Positions 31,315 to 44,174 of a stretch of 64,000 nt of DNA are shown piece after piece. Positions within the stretch are counted from its first letter, which is position 1. Each line of letters begins with the position of its first letter. A program made the translations under genes and the position numbers. Origin of the DNA: Nitrospirota bacterium. Lineage in GTDB: Bacteria > Nitrospirota > Nitrospiria > Nitrospirales > NS-4. Below the pieces are notes generated by a model, which saw only the letters and a list, made by a program, of their open reading frames with translations, ran no database searches and was not told where the DNA came from. The DNA is taken from assembly GCA_963788195.1 (NCBI GenBank), contig CAWBGA010000001.1, positions 352,001 through 416,000 on the forward strand. The letters run 5' to 3'.

Positions 31315-33196
31315 ATGATTGAGCCTCGAGAGAGACGAGGGCGCTTCATCGTCGCCGGCGTGATAGTCGGCCTCGGCTTCTTCGTGGTTCTTGCGCGGCT
31401 GTTTCAGTTGCAAGTAATTCAGGCCGCAGATCTGGAGCAGAAGGCAGGGCGCCAACATCATAGAGTCCTTACGGTCGAAGGCGGGCGAGGCACAATCTAC
31501 GACCGTGGCGGCAAAATCCTCTCTATGAATCTGGATGTGCCCTCCGTCTTCGGAGAGCCACGGGCAATCGCAGATGCCCAGAAGACAGCCTCCCGGCTGG
31601 CTGGAGTGCTCCTTGCCGATGTGGGGCAGTTGGAAGCCAAGCTTAAGACCGGTCGCGGCTTTGTCTGGCTCGAGCGGCGGCTGGCCCCGGAAAAAGCGGA
31701 ACGGTTGCGGGCGTTGTCGCTGCCGGGAATCGGATGGATCCCGGAGGGGCGCCATTTCTATCCCAACGGCTCGTTGCTCGCGCATGTATTGGGCTTTGCG
31801 AATATTGATAACGACGGCCTCGAGGGATTGGAGCGACGATATGACGGCCATCTCAGAGGCGAGCGAGGACATTTTATTGTCGAGCAGGATGCCCTGGGAG
31901 GCGCGGTGTTTCCCAAAGGGTTGAACTACTCCGCGCCGTCTGCCGGGAAAGGATCTCATTCTCACGGTCGACGAGGTCATTCAATACATCGCAGAGCAGG
32001 AACTTGACCAGGCCGTCACCAAGACGCGGGCAGGAGCCGGCATAGTGATTGTAAGTAAGCCGAAAACCGGCGCTATTCTCGCGTTGGCCGTGCGGCCGAC
32101 CTTTGACCCCAATCGCCCCGGCACAGACCCGAGCCTCTGGAGAAACCGGGCCATCGCGGATAACTATGAACCGGGCTCGACATTTAAGATAGTCACCGCG
32201 GCCGCGGCTCTCGAAGAACACCTGTTCTCACCCGGCGATCTCGTCTACGGCGAAGACGGTAAATATTCCGTAGAAAACACGGTCGTCCATGATCATCACA
32301 AACACGGCTGGATGACTTTTGCGCGAGGTCCTTCAAAAGTCGAGCAATATCGGCATTATCAAAGTCGGCCAACGTCTGGGGGCTGCGAAGCTCGCAGAGT
32401 ATGTCACCGCTTTCGGCTTCGGTCAAAAGACGGAAGTTGATCTGCACGGCGAAGTTCGAGGATTGACAAAGGAGCAGCAAGACTGGGGACGTCGTTCCCT
32501 TGCTTCCATCTCCATGGGGCAAGAGGTGGGAGTTACGGCCATGCAAATGGTATCGGCCGCGTCAGTGATTGCCAACGGCGGATGGCTCATGCGCCCCTAT
32601 CTTGTCTCAGAGATCAAAGCCCCCTCGGGGCATACCATTGCCCACGTGGCGCCGACCGTCCGTCGACGTGTGATCTCTTCCACGACTTCCGCTTGATGAT
32701 TGATATTTTACGAGGGGTCGTGCTTCCCGGTGGCACCGGGACCCTGGCGGCTGTTCCTGGCTACGACGTTGCGGGTAAGACCGGCACCGCCCAAAAAATC
32801 GATCCGAGCACAGGCCGGTATTCAACTACGAGAACCGTGGCGTCGTTTGTCGGCTTTCTTCCTGCTCACGATCCGCTGCTGACAATCCTTGTAGTGATAG
32901 ATGAACCCAAGACGGAGCAGTGGGGCGGGACGGTGGCGGCGCCTGTCTTTCAGAGGATCGCGGCCCAATCAGTGAGGCATCTCGGCATTGCGCCTTGGGG
33001 CGTAGGGGGAGATCCCCTGCCCCTGCGAGCCGGCATCGCTTCTGAACCTCGCAGTGAAAAGGAGGGGATGGGAGTGGCGGTGGGACTACACCCGACGTCA
33101 CCCCCAGCCACCCCGGCCCCCGCCGAGACGGGGGCCTTTTCCCGTGGCCTGAAATCTGCCAAGACAGATTTCTTTTCCCCTGATGGCATGCGATGA
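31315..33196 (+). CDS. ftsI: penicillin-binding protein 3 (frameshifts near 31950, 32320, 32693)
   Basis: RGTIYDR, EPGSTFK (SxxK), KSSNIG (SxN), AGKTGTAQK. Confidence 0.9.
33085..33182 (-). repeat. cluster F of dispersed hairpin/G-tract repeat, inside the 3' end of ftsI
   Basis: minus strand GGGGAAAA-GAAATCTGTC-TT-GGCAGATTTC and GGGAAAA-GGCCCCCGTC-TC-GGCGGGGGCC-GGGGTGG. Confidence 0.85.
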
Positions 33197-34685
33197 AGCT
33201 TTCCGAACTCATGATTACGTTGCCTGAGGCCATCGCACACGGGAACCTGAATGCCGAGGTGACCGGCCTGACAGACGATTCTCGACACGTCAAGCCGGGC
33301 GTGTTGTTTGTAGCGGTCAAAGGTACCAAGTCGGACGGGCATTTGTATCTGAAACAGGCGGCGGCGGCCGGTGCGTCGGGTTTGGTCATCGAGTCCGGGC
33401 GGGCTGTCGCTGGTCGGTTGGCTGACTTGAATGTCCCGGTGATTGAAGCACCGAATACTCGACGGTTCCTGGGCGCCGTGGCAAGCCGTTTTTATGGAAA
33501 CCCGGCCTCGCGGCTGAGAATGATCGGCATTACCGGCACGAACGGAAAGACCACGACGACGTATGTGTGCAAAGCCATCCTCGATTCGGCGGGGCGGCGC
33601 GCCGGACTCATCGGGACTGTGAGTTACCTCATAGGAGATAAGCAGATTCCGGCGAGCCATACGACTCCGGGGGCGCTGGAACTGCAGGCCTTGCTGCAGA
33701 AAATGTCGGATGGCGGACTCGATACTGTCATCATGGAAGTGTCGTCGCATGCGCTCGCGTTGGATCGCACGTCGGGGTGCGTGTTCGAGGCCGCAGTGTT
33801 TACGAATCTGACGCAGGACCATCTTGATTTTCATACCGACATGGAGGATTACTTCCAGGCGAAGCTCCGGCTGTTTACCGGTCTGGAGGCAAAGGGTCGC
33901 GCCATTGTGAATGCGGATGATCCCTACGGGGCGCGTATCGCGGCCGGGTCTGCCGCTCCGGTCTGGATGTATGCGATTGACCGGCCTGCAGACATCCGGG
34001 CGGAAGCCGTGCGGATTACTCTTGGAAGGCGTGGATTTCCTGGCGCGCACACCTGCGGGGCCGGTGGAGATTCACTCAGGCCTTGTCGGGCGGCACAATG
34101 TGTACAACATCCTGGCCGCGATCGGCGTAGGTCTGCAACAGGGCCTATCGCTCCCGGCCATTGCGCGCGGGGATCTCCGGGCTGGTCAATGTGCCTGGGC
34201 GTTTTGAAAGGGTCGAGGCAGGGCAACCCTTCACCGTCATCGTCGATTATGCGCATACCGACGATGCGCTGTATCGGCTCCTATCGACCGCGCAGGCAGT
34301 GAAGACAGGGCGGGTCATTACCGTATTTGGCTGTGGTGGTGATCGGGACCGCGGCAAGCGTCCGAAAATGGGAAGGGTCGCGGCCACCTATAGCGATGTA
34401 GTGGTCGTGACATCCGATAATCCGAGAACGGAAGATCCGAGAGCGATCATCAGGGACATCGAGCCCGGCGTCAAGGCGGGTCTAAGTGAAACGGGCCGGG
34501 GTCGGTACATCATACGGCCCGACCGACGGGAGGCGATTACAACCGCGTTACAAGAGGCGCGGGCCGGCGATCTTGTACTCATCGCAGGCAAAGGGCATGA
34601 GGACTATCAGGTGATCGGGACGACGAAACATCCATTTGATGATCGAGTCGTGGCGCGAGAAATTCTGCAAGGCTTCAAGAGCTAA
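33193..34685 (+). CDS. murE: UDP-MurNAc-tripeptide synthetase (frameshifts near 34030 and 34170)
   Basis: [36 protein letters not shown] (DAP-type), AGKGHE. Confidence 0.92.
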
Positions 34686-34686
34686 G

Positions 34687-36095
34687 GTGGCACTGTTTAC
34701 CCTTGCACAAGTCGCCGGGATCACGAGGGGGCATATGGCGACGAGTCGACCGGCTGATCTGCAGAAAGCCGGTCCGCCGGGTCTGGACCGATTCGCGAAC
34801 GTGTCGCCGAGGCGATCTCTTTGTCGCGCTTCCCGGGCCGCGCTTCGATGGGCATCATTTTGTACGGGCGGCGCGAAAGAAGGGGGCCGTCGCCGCCTGT
34901 TGTACACGGCCAGATCAATCAGGGACATAGACGTGCCGGTGGTATACGTGAAAGATACATTGCAAGCCTTTCAGGAATTGGCGGCGGCGCACCGACGCCG
35001 GTTCACGATTCCCGTTGTGGCCGTCAGCGGCAGCAACGGGAAAACGACCACGAAGGAGATGATCGGCCGGGTTCTTTCCGAGCGTTTTAAGACCCTCGTC
35101 ACGTAGGCGAATTACAATAATCATATCGGTGTTCCCCAGACCTTGCTTCGGTTAACGGCTCGCCACCAGGCGGCGGTCGTCGAGATGGGAATCAGCGGAC
35201 TCGGGGAAATGAGCCGCCTCTGTGAGATTGCGGCGCCGACGCACGGCGTCTTAACGAATATCGGGCCCACCCATCTCGCGACTCTTGGCACGACACGAAA
35301 CCGTGGCGCGCGCGAAAGGGGAGCTGGTCAAGAGCCTGCCTGCGGACGGCACCGCGATCCTCAATGCGGATGACCCTTACTTCAAGCAGCTTTCGAGTTG
35401 GGCCAACGGCCCGGTGCTCTCCTTCGGGTTTTCCCCGCGCGCGAAGGTCCGGGCGCTGCGGGTTCGCTCAAAAAACGCCCTGGCATCGACCGTGTTTGTG
35501 AAGGTTCCGGGGCGACGTTCCTTCAGCATCAACCTGCGTGTGGCGGGGCGCCATAATATCGCGAACGCGCTGGCAGCGGTGGCCGCCGGGACGGCCCTGG
35601 GGGTGGGAGTCAAGAGGATCCAAGCCGGGCTCGCTCGCTACCGCGCGGGCGCCATGCGATCCGAAGTCCTTCGCAGGCGGGGGATCACGATCCTTAACGA
35701 TTGTTACAATGCGAACCCGACCTCGGTCCGCGCGGCGCTCGAATGGTTACGGGAGATGAAAGGGGCCGGCCGTAGTTTCGCCGTCCTGGGCGAAATGCTC
35801 GAGTTAGGGGAGCGAGAGGCAGCGATCCATCACGAGATGGGGCGGACGGTGGCGGCCGGCGCGGATTATCTATTGACAATGGGAACGCTGGGAGCTGAAC
35901 TTGCCGCCGGCGCGCTCGCGGGAGGCATGAGGCCGTGATCATGTCGTGCTGGCAAAAGAGCATCAACGAGCTCGCGGCAGCGACTCCGGGACTTTCTGCG
36001 CCGCAGGGGGATGTGGTGCTCTTAAAGGCTCGCGTGCTGCCAGAATGGAACGCGTGTTGGAACAACCTGTGATGAGGGAAGCGAGGGGCGAATAA
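34687..36095 (+). CDS. murF: UDP-MurNAc-tripeptide--D-Ala-D-Ala ligase (several indels, one in-frame TAG)
   Basis: SGSNGKTTTKEM, NNHIGVP, VVEMG, NDCYNANP, GEMLELG. Confidence 0.88.
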
Positions 36096-37176
36096 TGCTC
36101 TATCTCCTGCTCTATCCGCTCCATACCCAATTCTCCGATCTTCAACGTCTTTCGCTATCTGAGTTTTCGCATTATCTACGCCGCCATCACCGCCTTTTTG
36201 ATTGCGTTTGTCCTCGCGCCCTCCACTGATCCGGCAACTGCAAAGCTATGGAATCGGGCAGAAGATCCGTGACGACGGTCCGAGCCATCACCAGGTGAAA
36301 GGCGGCACGCCCACGATGGGCGGCATCCTGATACTCTTCGCCGTGGTGATGGCGACTTTGCTGTGGACTGATTTGAGGACTCCGTATGTGTGGCTCGCGC
36401 GTGTCCGCGATGGTAGGGTTCGGCGCAATCGGTCTCGTTGGATGACTATCTGAAGTATTCCCGTGGCAAGAACCAAGGATTGACGGCTGCTGCAAAAGAT
36501 CGGCGGGCAGGTGGCAGTGGCTCTGGCCATCAGCGGCGTATTGTATTTCCTGCCGGCGTATTCCACCAAACTCAGCGTGCCTTTCTTCAAGAGCTTCACT
36601 CCTGACCTCGGTCCCCTCTATATTCTCTTTGCGGTGCTCGTGATCGTGGGCGCGTCCAATGCGGTCAATCTCACGGACGGCCTGGATGGCCTGGCGATCG
36701 GTCCGGTGGTGATCGCGTCGATGGCCTATACCGTTGTCGCCTATATGGCGGGGAACCGAATCTTCGCCGACTACCTCTTAATTCCTTATATCGAAGGAGC
36801 CGGCGAACTCGCGGTCTTCACGGGATCTATTTTCGGCGCGAGCCTGGGCTTTCTGTGGTTCAACACATACCCCGCCTCGGTCTTCATGGGCGATGTCGGC
36901 TCGCTGCCATTGGGAGCGGCCCTTGGGACCGTCGCGGTCATTAGCAAGCAGGAGTTGCTCCTGATCCTGGTCGGGGGTGTCTTCGTCATCGAAGCCTTGT
37001 CGGTCATTTTTCAGGTCGTCTCGTACAAGTCCCGGGGCAAGCGGGTGTTCCTGATGGCTCCGATCCATCATCATTTCGAGCTGAAGGGCTGGGAAGAGCC
37101 CAAGGTCGTGGTCCGACTGTGGATCCTCGCGGTCCTGTTGGCGCTCTTCAGTTTGAGCACCTTGAAGTTGCGATGA
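36095..37176 (+). CDS. mraY: phospho-N-acetylmuramoyl-pentapeptide transferase (frameshifts in the 5' half)
   Basis: [36 protein letters not shown]. Confidence 0.92.
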
Positions 37177-37185
37177 GAGCATGCC

Positions 37186-38564
37186 ATGAGCGACGGGCTT
37201 CATCTAGAGCTGCAGGGAAAGCGGGTGGCGGTTATCGGCCTCGGCCGGAGCGGACAGTCTGCTCTCAGGTTGCTGACGGCTCTGGGGGCCCACGTCGCCG
37301 TTGCCGACCAGAAGCCGGCATCAGAACTGGCGGCAATCATGACCGATCTCACAGGAATCACTGTCGAAGTGTTCGGCGATGGTCAATATGAGCAGGCCTT
37401 GCAGGGATCGGATCTGGTGCTCCTCAGCCCCGGCGTGCCGATGGCGCTGGCGCCGCTGAAACAAGCTCTTCATGCGGGCATCCGGGTCATCGGCGAACTC
37501 GAATTGGCGTCCCGCTATCTTTCCGGCCGGCTCATCGCCATTACAGGGACGAATGGCAAAAGCACCACCATCACCTTGGTCGGGCAACTCCTCAGCGCCG
37601 CAGGATTTGACGCGTTCGTCGGCGGCAATCTGGGCACTCCCTTAGCCGATGCGGCCCTGGCCTCTCTGGAGGGGCACCGCTGGGATTTCGTCGTCGCCGA
37701 GGTCTCGAGCTTTCAATCGGAAACGATTGAGACATTTCATCCCTGGATCGGCGCTATTCTCAATATCACGCCGGATCATCTGGATCGGTATCTTTCGTTG
37801 AAAGACTATGCCGCCGCCAAAGCGAGGATGTTTGAGAACCAAACCGCCGAAGACTTCTGCATCCTCAATGCCGATGACGCCGGGCTCCTCAAGTTCCCGC
37901 CCGCCTCATTAGGCACGCCGATACGGTTTAGCCGCACAAGAGCCGTCGGGGAAGGGGTGTTTGTGCAGGGTGAGGCGGTGATGACGAATCTGCGACAGCG
38001 AGCTTGAGGAAGTTGTTCGGATAACGGAATTACAGATCCAAGGAAGCCACAATCTTGAGAATGTGATGGCGGCCACCGCTGTCGCCCTGCTGTGTGGCTG
38101 CCCAATGAGTACGATCCAGCGGACTCTGCGAGAGTTCCGCGGACTGGAGCATGTCATGGAGGTCGTGCGCATCGTGCGCGATGTGACCTACATCAATGAC
38201 TCAAAGGGCACGAATGTGGACGCCACGGTCAAAGCGTTGGAAAGCCTTTCCGGGCCGGTGATTCTCATCGCGGGCGGACGCGAGAAAGGCGGGCAGTATC
38301 CCGGCCTTGTGGAGGCGGTTCGCGGCAAGGCCAAGCAGGTCATTCTGATCGGGGAGGCACGCGTCCGCTTACGCGAGCTTCTTAAAGAAGCCGCGGTGGT
38401 GAGTGAGGCCGACCAGTCTTGCTGAGGCTGTCCGGCAGGCCGCGTCTCTCGCGGTCGCCGGTGATACCGTTCTTCTGTCGCCCGTCTGCGCCAGCTTCGA
38501 TATGTTTCAGGACTACAAAGACCGCGGACGCCAGTTTAAGGAGCGGGTGCATGAGCTGGCGTGA
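37186..38564 (+). CDS. murD: UDP-MurNAc-L-Ala--D-Glu ligase (frameshifts near 38000 and 38415)
   Basis: [45 protein letters not shown]. Confidence 0.92.
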
Positions 38565-39704
38565 CTCACACACACTGAGCCTGTATCGATCCGATGCCAC
38601 TCCGGCGCGCTCACAAAGAGGGGACCGGATCGTCATTGTCCTCGCGATCATTTTGATCGCCGTCGGGATCGGAATGATCTACAGCGCGAGCGCGGTCATG
38701 GCTCAGAAACGGTTTGGCGATTCAGCGTATTTTCTCAAGCGCCAATTGTTGTGGCTTGTGGTCGGAATGATCCTTCTGGTGATAGTGGCCAGCTCCGATC
38801 TACAAACGCTCAGGGCGTGGGCAATACCGGTTCTGCTGATCGGCGTGGTCGCGTTAGTCGTGGTGTTGCTTCCGATGATCGGCATGAGCGTCAAAGGCGC
38901 GCGCCGTTGGTTGAGGCTGGGGGCATATACCCTTCAGCCGGCTGAGCTCGTCAAAGTCGGGGTGCTGTTGTACCTCGCGCACTACCTGGCCAAGAAAGGC
39001 GATCGGATCGAGATATTCGCTTCCGGCTTTCTGCCGCCATTGTTGGTAGTCGGCCTCGTGGTGGGGCTGATCTTACTGGAACCGGATCTAGGGACCGCGG
39101 CTGTCATCGGACTGGTGACCGCTGGGTCTTTTGTTCGTCGGCGGCGCGCGTCTTGGGCATCTCGCAATGATCGGCGCTCGCGGCGCTCCCCGCGCTCTAT
39201 CTTCTCATTGCGGGGGCCGGCTATCGTCGCCAACGCATGCTCAGTTTTCTGGATCCGTGGAGCGATCCTGAAGGCACCGGCTTCCAAGTGATTCAGTCCT
39301 ATCTGGCGCTCGGTGGAGGAGGGCTCTTCGGCGTAGGCCTGGGCGAGGGCCGTCAAAAGCTGTTCTTTCTGCCGGAGCCCCATACGGATTTCGTCCTGTC
39401 GATGCTCGGCGAGGAACTCGGATTTCTGGGCACCGGGATCGTCGTTTTGCTGTTGGCGTTGTTTGTCATCAAGGGGTTCATGATCGCGCTCGCAGCGGAG
39501 GATCCCTTTGGGCGCTATCTAGCACTGGGTATTAGTTTTTTTGTCGCCTTTCACACATTGATCAATGTCGGGGCGATTTCCGGGCTCCTTCCGACAAAAG
39601 GATTGCCGTTGCCGTTTGTGAGTTACGGAGGCTCCTCGCTCGTGGTCAACATGATTGGAACAGGCATGCTGATTTCGATTTCGCGTAATCGACCGCCCAT
39701 CTAG
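38551..39704 (+). CDS. ftsW: peptidoglycan glycosyltransferase FtsW (frameshifts near 39130-39190)
   Basis: GARRW, QPAELVK, EPDLGT, LPEPHTDF, PTKGLPLPFVSYGGSS. Confidence 0.92.
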
Positions 39705-39711
39705 GGCCGCC

Positions 39712-40828
39712 ATGCGAGTGATCATTGCGGCCGGCGGCACCGGAGGACATCTGTATCCGGGGGTGGCGATCGCTCGGGAGTTTGAACGGCAATTTGCAGC
39801 CGTCGGAGATCATCTTCGTGGGAACGACGAGAGGTCTCGAAACCAAGGTTATGAAGAGAGAGGGTTACGAGCTGGTCACGATCAAGGCGCGGGGCATCAT
39901 GGGAAAAGGTCCGTTGGCGCGAATACTCGGACTCGCGGTGACTCCGCTTGGATTTGCCCAGTGCCTGGCGCTCTGCCGAAGGCGCCGCCCTGATCTTGTA
40001 ATCGGCATCGGTGGCTATACCAGCCCACCGTTAATCGAGGCCGCCTTTCTGTTAGGCATCAAGCGCGCGCTGCTCGAGCCCAACGCGTACCCAGGGGTTG
40101 CGAATCGCGTGCTATCGCCTCTGGCCAATCTCATATTTGTCTCTTTTGCGGAGGCAGCTCCCTTTTTTCGATGCCGCAAAAACCCGCGTGGTCGGAACTC
40201 CTATCCGGCGGGCTTTCCTGGAGGCGATTCCCTCCAGCGAGGGGACGCCGGTCGCCGGCCGTGGCCCAGGGCTATTGATCTTGGGGGGCAGCCAAGGCGC
40301 GCGGACCATCAATCGCGCCATGACCGCCGCCTTTCCGATTCTGCTCCAGTCACACCCGGATATTCGAGTGATCCACCAAACAGGCGAGCGAGACTTTGAA
40401 GAAGTGGCCGCGGCCTATCGAGCGACTCATTCAGACACTGGGATCGGCAGTCGTCGAGCCAGAAGTGGCGCCGTTCCTGTTCGACGTGCCGCGCGCTATG
40501 AAGCAAGCCGACCTGATCATCAGCCGCTCTGGAGCCACCACGGTGGCGGAGATCACTGCATGTGGGAAGCCGTCAATCCTGATTCCATTCCCCCACGCCA
40601 TTCACGGACATCAGGAGCGTAATGCGCGGGTTCTGGTGCAGGCCGGTGCGGCGGAGATGATTCTTGACGAGAGTTTGAGCGGTGACGTGGTGGCGCAAGC
40701 CGATCAGCGCCCTTCTCCGTGATCCTGACCGTCTGAATGAAATGGGACGACAGAGCCACGCGCTTGGCCGGCCGGACGCCGCCGAGCAGGTCGTTCAGGC
40801 CTGCCGGGAAGTGGTGGGACGAGCTTAG
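39712..40828 (+). CDS. murG: MurG GlcNAc transferase (several frameshifts)
   Basis: GGTGGHLYP, GGYTS, GGSQGA, ISRSGATT. Confidence 0.9.
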
Positions 40829-42193
40829 ATGTTTAAAAGAATTCAGCAGATCCATTTCGTCGGCATCGGCGGCGCCGGCATGAGCGGCATTGCGGAGGTT
40901 CTGCTCACCATCGGCTATAAGGTGTCGGGATCGGACCTTCAAGAATCCGATACCGTCAAGCGGATCCGTGGCCTAGGCGGCATTGTTTCTATCGGTCATG
41001 ACGCGGCGAATATCGGCGCGGCTCAAGTGGTCGTGATTTCCTCGGCCGTGTCGCCTACGAATCCCGAGGTGCTGGCGGCGAAAGCGAAGCTCGTGCCGGT
41101 CATTCCCCGGGCCGAGATGCTGGCGGAACTCATGCGACTGAAATACGGGGTCGCCATCGCGGGGGCCCATGGCAAGACGACCACGACCTCGCTTGTCGCG
41201 CATGTGCTCGCGGTGGGCGGGCTCGATCCGACCATTGTCATCGGCGGAAAGGTCAATGCGCTGGGCAGCCACGCCCGTCTGGGTCGAGGCGAGCTGCTCG
41301 TGGCGGAAGCCGACGAGAGCGATGGCTCATTTTTGAAGCTTTCCCCGACCATTGTGGCCGTGACCAACATGGACCGGGAGCATCTTGACCACTACGGGAC
41401 TATGGAACGGCTCACTCAGGCGTTCGTCGAGTTTATCAACAAGATTCCCTTCTATGGAGTTGCGGTCCTCTGCATCGACGACCCTCAGCTGGCCGCCATG
41501 TTGCCTTCGGTCACAAAGCGGTACTTAACCTACGGCCTGAGTCCGGGCGCTGAACTGCAGGGCACTGACATTGAACTACAGGAGCGAGCCGCGCAATTCT
41601 CCGCGCGGCTAAAGGGCGCACATCTTGGCCGCTTCCGTGTCGCCATGCCGGGGGTCCATAACGTTCGGAATGCCCTGGCCGCAATCGCCATCGGAATGGA
41701 ACTGGGCGTTCCCACTGCGCAGATTGCGCAAGCTCTCGACGAGTTTACCGGCGTGGAGCGCCGGTTCCAGGTCATGGGCGAGAAGGATGGCATTACCATC
41801 ATCGATGACTACGGACACCACCCGACAGAAATCAAGGCAACGCTGGCCGCGGCGAAAGGCGGATCAAATCGGCGGCTGCTGGTGCTGTTTCAACCGCACC
41901 GCTATAGCAGGACGCAGGATCTGGTAAATGAATTTGCCGCGGCTTTCAATGAGGCGGACCTCCTGTTCCTCACGGAGATTTACGCGGCCGGCGAGGCACC
42001 GATTCCCGGGGTGACCGGGGAACGGCTGGCGCAGACCATTCAAGGGGCGGGCGGACCGCCTGTTACCTATGTGCCACGCAAGGAGGAACTGGTGGAAAAA
42101 GTGCTTCCCCAGTTGCGGCCGGGCGACATGGTCATCACCATGGGCGCTGGGGACATCTGGAAGAGCGGCAGGGCGCTGTTTGAGCGCCTATAG
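40829..42193 (+). CDS. murC: UDP-MurNAc--L-alanine ligase
   Basis: [42 protein letters not shown]. Confidence 0.97.
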   Translation: MFKRIQQIHFVGIGGAGMSGIAEVLLTIGYKVSGSDLQESDTVKRIRGLGGIVSIGHDAANIGAAQVVVISSAVSPTNPEVLAAKAKLVPVIPRAEMLAELMRLKYGVAIAGAHGKTTTTSLVAHVLAVGGLDPTIVIGGKVNALGSHARLGRGELLVAEADESDGSFLKLSPTIVAVTNMDREHLDHYGTMERLTQAFVEFINKIPFYGVAVLCIDDPQLAAMLPSVTKRYLTYGLSPGAELQGTDIELQERAAQFSARLKGAHLGRFRVAMPGVHNVRNALAAIAIGMELGVPTAQIAQALDEFTGVERRFQVMGEKDGITIIDDYGHHPTEIKATLAAAKGGSNRRLLVLFQPHRYSRTQDLVNEFAAAFNEADLLFLTEIYAAGEAPIPGVTGERLAQTIQGAGGPPVTYVPRKEELVEKVLPQLRPGDMVITMGAGDIWKSGRALFERL

Positions 42194-42211
42194 AGGGCGA
42201 GCCGCCTGCGA

Positions 42212-43149
42212 ATGGAGAAGCGAGCGAGGAATCCGAGACGTGTTGGAAGGTATTAACGGCACCGTGCGTTTTAATGAGCCGATGAGCCGGCACACGTCCT
42301 TCAGGATAGGGGGCCCGGCGGACGCCTACATTGAGCCGGCAGATGTCGAAGCCCTCCGGCAATTGATGGCATTGACCTTCGCACACAAGATTCCGGTGTT
42401 TGTGATGGGAGGCACGAATCTCTTAGTGCGTGACGGGGGGATCGAGGGCATCGTTGTGCGCCTTGTCCGGTTGGACCGCATCGAGGAGCCTGAGGCAGGG
42501 GTCCTGTACGCCGAGGGCGGCGTGTTAATGCCGCGGCTACTGAAGTTTGCGATGCAGCGGGGACTCACAGGCCTTGAGTTCGCGGCCGGCATACCGGGCA
42601 GCGTTGCGGGATGTGTCGTCATGAACGCCGGTACACGGTTCGGAGAGATGAAACAGGTCGTGCGAAAAATCCGGGTCGTCACAACCAGAGGCGAGATACT
42701 CGATGTTTCCGGTGAGGAGGCAGGATACAGCTATCGTCGCAGCCGGCTTCCTGAGGGCATTGTTGTAGGGGCTTGGCTCGGGCCTGGAACCCGGTTCGAA
42801 GGCGAAGATCGTAGCCACTGTCAAACAATCGCTGCGCCGTCGAAAGGCCACGCAACCCATCGAAATGCCCAATGCGGGCTGTATCTTTAAAAATCCGGAA
42901 GGCGATTCAGCAGGGCGTCTCATCGAAGCCGCGGGCCTGAAAGGCGCGCATATCGGTGATGCCCAGGTCTCGACCAAGCACGCCAATTTCATCGTCAACA
43001 AGGGGAACGCCAGGGCAGGGGATACCCAGGCGCTGATACGGCTCGTTGCAGACACCGTTGCGGAGAAGTTCGGCACGACCCTGGATTTGGAAGTTCAAAT
43101 CGTCGGACGCGAGCCCGGAAAGAATGAACGGGAAAGGGGTAGGCGGTGA
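42212..43149 (+). CDS. murB: UDP-N-acetylenolpyruvoylglucosamine reductase (indels near 42230 and 42785)
   Basis: HTSFRIGGPAD, GIPGSVAG..MNAG, GCIFKNP, HANFIVN. Confidence 0.92.
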
Positions 43150-43170
43150 CAGATCGCCCGGTGGCGGGGC

Positions 43171-44148
43171 ATGGCTCTTTTGACCACCAAGCGCATCGCC
43201 GTGCTCATGGGGGGGCAATCCACTGAGCGCGAGATCTCGATACGAACCGGCGAGGCAGTCTTGGCCGCCTTGTTAAAGAAAGGGTACGACGCCATTCGTC
43301 TCGATATGGATGCTTCCGTCGCGTATCGATTGCGTGAAGTCCGGGCGCAGATGGTGTTCATCGCATTGCATGGTGCGGGGGGAGAAGACGGCACGATTCA
43401 AGGGATGTTGGAGACGCAGCGCGTGCCATACACCGGATCGGGCGTACAGGCGTGCGCGATGGCCATGGATAAGGTCGTGACGAAGGCCTTACTGGAATAT
43501 CATGGCATTCCGGTGCCGAGAGGACTCGTTCGCACCCGGTCTGAACGCAACACTCGCCTGCCAAGTGGATTTGCATTGCCAGTCGTCGTGAAGCCGATCA
43601 ACCAGGGCTCGACCGTTGGGATCTCGATCGTAAGACAGCCGCGACAGTTAGCGCCGGCCATAGAACTGGCGTTGAAGTATGGCGCTACCGTTCTCGTGGA
43701 GCAATACATCAATGGCCGCGAGTTGACGGTCGGCGTAGTCAATGACCGTTCGCTGCCGGTGGTCGAGATTGAAGCGCCCGGCGGGTTCTACGATTACGCG
43801 GCCAAGTATACCCGCGGTGCGAGCGTATATAAGGCGCCGGCTCCGATACCGGCTCGCACTTCGAAGGTCCTTCAATCCCTGGCCCTCGAAGTGCACCGGC
43901 GACTTGGATGCCGTGCTGCCACGCGCGTGGACTTTCGATTAGATGAGGATGGGCGTCCATTTGTGCTGGAGATCAATACGGTGCCGGGCATGACGGAGAC
44001 GAGTCTTCTGCCTATGGCGGCGAAGGTGGCACATCTCACCTATGAGGGCCTCGTCGAAGCCATTCTCCAGTCGGCTGTCGATCGTGCGGCGATATTCCAG
44101 GGGGATAAGGAACGGTTCGCCCCTATTCGCGGAAGGAAAGCGTCATGA
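43171..44148 (+). CDS. ddl: D-alanine--D-alanine ligase
   Basis: GGQSTEREIS, LHGAGGEDG, YDYAAKY, LEINTVPGMT. Confidence 0.96.
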   Translation: MALLTTKRIAVLMGGQSTEREISIRTGEAVLAALLKKGYDAIRLDMDASVAYRLREVRAQMVFIALHGAGGEDGTIQGMLETQRVPYTGSGVQACAMAMDKVVTKALLEYHGIPVPRGLVRTRSERNTRLPSGFALPVVVKPINQGSTVGISIVRQPRQLAPAIELALKYGATVLVEQYINGRELTVGVVNDRSLPVVEIEAPGGFYDYAAKYTRGASVYKAPAPIPARTSKVLQSLALEVHRRLGCRAATRVDFRLDEDGRPFVLEINTVPGMTETSLLPMAAKVAHLTYEGLVEAILQSAVDRAAIFQGDKERFAPIRGRKAS

Positions 44149-44174
44149 AGGGTGTTCTCCTGTTTGAGTCGTGG

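Noticed and set aside
35104..35106. In-frame TAG in murF as stop-codon recoding
   Set aside because: A single case in a gene with several other errors; TAG ends other genes normally here (sigma factor, murC, ftsZ).
31315..43149. Programmed frameshifting or pseudogenisation of dcw genes
   Set aside because: No shared slippery motif, breaks are scattered across unrelated genes, and motifs are otherwise conserved; sequencing error is more parsimonious.
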